Shown here one piece after another: positions 60,421 through 64,000 of a stretch of DNA of 64,000 nucleotides. Position 1 is the stretch's first letter; the number at the start of each line of letters is the position of its first letter. Location of the stretch: positions 15,316,001 through 15,380,000 of the forward strand of contig OZ249436.1 of NCBI GenBank assembly GCA_965235115.1, in the 5' to 3' direction. Origin of the DNA: Laetmonice hystrix (Eukaryota). A program made the translations under genes and the position numbers. The notes beneath the pieces were generated by a model. The model saw nothing but the letters and a program-made list of their open reading frames with translations. It did not search any database and was not told where the DNA came from.

Positions 60421-61111
60421 TTAATCATTAAGTGTAGAAACCATCATTCCTTATTCATTTTAACAGCCACTTTGTGTCTGCTTCAGTCAGGACGACACAA
60501 TTATTAGCTGGGGGTTTCAGATAAGTGGATCAAGTTTTAGATTAGTGGAAAAAACGCAATTATACGGTGGTATACCTGTAACTAAATGAAATGCCAAGCT
60601 GAAATACATCTGTTACATCTAAATTCATTAGGCTATATGAAATGAACTTTGAACTCATATCAAAACGTATCTAAAGCAGTAGTATTAATGTAAATTTCAC
60701 AACAACCCAAAACAAAGATGGTAAAATGGCAGAAAAATTGCAGTCGTGTGCCAAGAGCTTATATATGAATAAGTTTATTCTAAAGAACAAAAAGACGTAC
60801 ATTGGAAAAGGGACGTGAAACCCAAAGGTTTGTGAATCCCTACAAATCGGTTATCTTTAGACAAAGATCGTTCGTTCATTCCTTTAGGATGAACGGACAT
60901 GTTCAAGGAGGGGGGGGGGGGGGGGGGGGTTCACAGGGGTCCGTCTTACTAAGGTCTGGTTATTAATAATATCGTTAAGTTATCATAGAACTAAAAGGAG
61001 CGAGTAGTTGGTGTCAGAAAGTAAATGGGAGGCAACTAGTTAATAACCAGTTGGTCTGTCATCGACAATGTAAAACCGATATCGTTACTGACCAGACCTT
61101 AGTAAAGGGCA

Positions 61112-61194
61112 TGATCCACAGACCGATTTACGGCAGATTTTTCTCCATAGTTTTCCTATGGAGAAAAATCGGCCGTAAATCGGTCTGTGGATCA
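61112..61194. repeat. Near-perfect fold-back palindrome (hairpin MITE-like)
   Basis: TGATCCACAGACCGATTTACGGCAGATTTTTCTCCATAG-ttttc-CTATGGAGAAAAATCGGCCGTAAATCGGTCTGTGGATCA. A related single arm is at about 36410-36442. Confidence 0.85.
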
Positions 61195-62067
61195 GGCGCC
61201 CCTGCTGCTGGGGACGGTTCTAGATCAGTTTGTCAAAAAAAGTCACTCAGCGCCCCCCCCCCCCAAAAAAAAAGTTTCTGGCTGTTAAAAAAAAATCTAC
61301 CCCTAAGCTACCACCCAAAAGTCCGACTCCCCCAATGAATGGTGAAATCCCCCTACACACACATCCTTAACATGACCATCGGAGGCAGAAAGCATGTGTA
61401 AGCAAATTCAACAATATTGGGACTATTGTAAAAATGTTTTTTTATTTCATTATTGTGCCATTCGTTGTGGCACTAGTATGAGAATCCAGAGCCACTGTTA
61501 TAGCAAGTATTCAAAGATGTATCAACCTGACGTATTCTTATTTTTGAAATCTCTTCAAAACGGTATAGCGGAAGTCCAAATTAAGCTGACAAAAATATCA
61601 CCCAATTAGGCAAAGTTGAAAAATATGCCAATTTTACCATTTATACTTAATAATACTGCGCACGCGTTCTCTCCGTCCCTATACTATCCTCATGACATTG
61701 ACAAGAGCAGTTAATACCAAGATATTGTTCCTTTCCACATCAATTACATGACGTTTTAAGCACTCAAGATGTCACTGCAAACGATCGTTGACCGTTAGCC
61801 GAGCATGATTAATACCTTTATCACCCGACTGTCAGACTGGAGCCTGGAGTAGGAACACCAATACACCAATAGCAGAATCATTAACATATTATACATTCAT
61901 GATATTCAATGGCCAACTTATCTTAAAGATATAACCGATTGGCTTCGTAACATGGGGCAGAACAAGGTTTTTAAATCTTCATATCAGACAACAATCAGAT
62001 TGGGTGATCATCAAGTGGTTTTTTGATATTTCTTCTTTTGAAGTGGAGGCCAGGTACTATTGTATGT

Positions 62068-63924
62068 TCACCAGTCATCAAATCCTGGCATGGGAAAGTT
62101 GACAGCAAACTCCTCCACCTCTTGCCGAAGGACTGCGATCTTTGCTCGTACACCTTCATCGTCTTTTACCTTGGCCTTGAACTCTCGAAGTGTTGGCCCA
62201 GACTCAGATGCTATATCCCCTGTCAGTTGGATTCCTTAAAAAATAAACACTACGGTATAGCCTGCATTGCACGGAAAGTTTTATGTCAAGAGTAAAGTGT
62301 TTGGAAAACCTTTTGTCACATATCTATCACTTATTGGCATAGAAGCTTGGATATTTATAACTATTTATCCTATACCATGAGAATATAAGGGACCCTGTCT
62401 GTCACATTAACCAGAGCAGAATATTCAGAACTCAAGGTAAAGTCATGACACAAACACTTCCTACCTGAAAATATCACTTCACTTAGAACTTATTTACACA
62501 GAATAATGTTCATGCTTCGGGTTGCAGGCTAACAAAAGTCAAAAGAGACCCTACAGCAATGACACACATGATAAACCTACCTCTGTAGATAAAATCTGCA
62601 ACTTTCTCAAAATCTTTCTCTTTCAGTTCACGTGATGTCAGAGCTGGTGTCCCCAGACGGAGTCCACTTGGTTTTAAGGCACTTTTATCTCCAGGACATG
62701 TGTTCTTGTTTACCGCAATGCTTATCTCTTCTAGTACACGCTCAGCACGTGCACCATCAATCTTTTGAGGTCGAAGGTCAACTAGGATCAGATGATTATC
62801 TGAGCCACCTAGTATAAGGAACAAAATAATACGGAGGGCACATGGAATTAGGCGGGATACAACTGTAGTCTGGTATCAAACCTATATACGGCACCTATAT
62901 ATACAGCAACCATCCATGAGGAGGTACTTTGTAATATTGTCTGATAAATTAAACCATTAAAGCAATCACCAAGTATCTCTCATTTCAATTACTCCAAAAT
63001 GCAGTTAGGGCTGTTAGGTTAGAGAAGGCCTTAGACTACATAAATCAAATGTTTACCCACAGAAATTGGGAAATCTAATAAAATTCAGCAAATGAATTTC
63101 AGCAATGAAGCAAATGTCTCATGGCTGGTTGTTAACCTGGCACTGACTTGACCAACCAACAATATTCAACAGAACTGGATCTATCAAGCTGATAGAAATT
63201 CTAGAAAATGATCCTTTTTGGGCACTGGTAGGTACTTACTTCCTAAAATGCCAATCTTATGGGGGACATCTTCAGCTGTACATTCTGCAATCATTACCTT
63301 CAGATGAGAATCAAAGAGTTATATATTACCTGACACCACATGGCATCCTTTCGACTGGAGACTCTTGCACAAAGCCTGACAGTTTGAAACCACTTGCTCT
63401 TGGTATTTTCTGAACTCTGGAGTTGTGGCCTGCTTTAGTGCGACACCAACTCCTAAAATACAGCAATAGAAAAATATTTTTTTATGGCATATTCCTAATG
63501 CTTGGTCTCAACAGACGGTGTTATTTGATAAATCTTTCATGCCAACTTTTATCTTGACTTGTCTGGGAAGCTTGTTCATGAAGTCATCAACTGCTATAGA
63601 TGATAAATGATTAAGAAAAGTTAGAAAAATATTGTATACACACATTCCCTAACTTAAGCGACATATTATATTAAAAAATTCTCGTTGGACCTTCCCTCCC
63701 GTAAATTAAGACTACATGTATAAACAATCTTAAATTCAATACATATATATATAAAAGTTATTCATATTTACTTATTCACATATTTGCATGGAAAAAGCAA
63801 GACGGTATACCTGCAATTGCATGGTTATGTGGTCCACCCTGCAGTCCAGGGAAGACAGCCTCGTTTATCTTCTTTTCTAGATCATACATGACCTTATCTC
63901 CCTTGGTGGTCACAGACCGTACAC
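62068..63924 (-). CDS. SHMT1: Serine hydroxymethyltransferase, last four exons (gene continues beyond the window); closer to cytosolic SHMT1 type
   Basis: Exons 63811-63924 ([20 protein letters not shown]), 63330-63452 (VALKQA...), 62581-62808 ([13 protein letters not shown]...[27 protein letters not shown]), 62068-62234 (...[12 protein letters not shown]). FPGLQ and PSGLRLGTP favour SHMT1 over SHMT2, but the paralog call is tentative. Confidence 0.93.
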
Positions 63925-64000
63925 CTGGTGAACATAATTACAACATTTCAGGTTTCATCAATATAGTGGAAGCCAGGCCCATATATTAAAACTTTGGGTT

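Overview
Animal (metazoan, probably lophotrochozoan-type invertebrate; inference) genomic DNA with GT-AG introns. It holds four spliced housekeeping genes, rebuilt by hand. (1) SEC24A/B-type COPII cargo adaptor, minus strand, 23 coding exons, 2281-31060. (2) FAM234-family type II membrane protein with FG-GAP-like repeats, plus strand, 16 exons, 33978-44353, head-to-head with SEC24. (3) CLUAP1/IFT38, plus strand, 10 coding exons, 49869-59761. (4) The last four exons of serine hydroxymethyltransferase, minus strand, 62068 to the window edge. Introns and intergenic DNA carry a tRNA-derived SINE, several MITEs, a LINE 3' fragment and tandem repeats. Two structures stand out. The first is a 4.27-kb Academ-like DNA transposon in SEC24 intron 1 (25496-29768; TAG..CTA ends, CGA target duplication) that has folded back on itself. 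Its ~1.6-kb near-identical inverted arms contain dead transposase sequence, an architecture like maize Mu killer, so it could make transposon-silencing hairpin RNA from the host pre-mRNA. The second is a 101-bp tandem array dense in CACGTG and TGCCACGT motifs inside the SEC24/FAM234 divergent promoter interval. Family names come from motif recall, not database searches.
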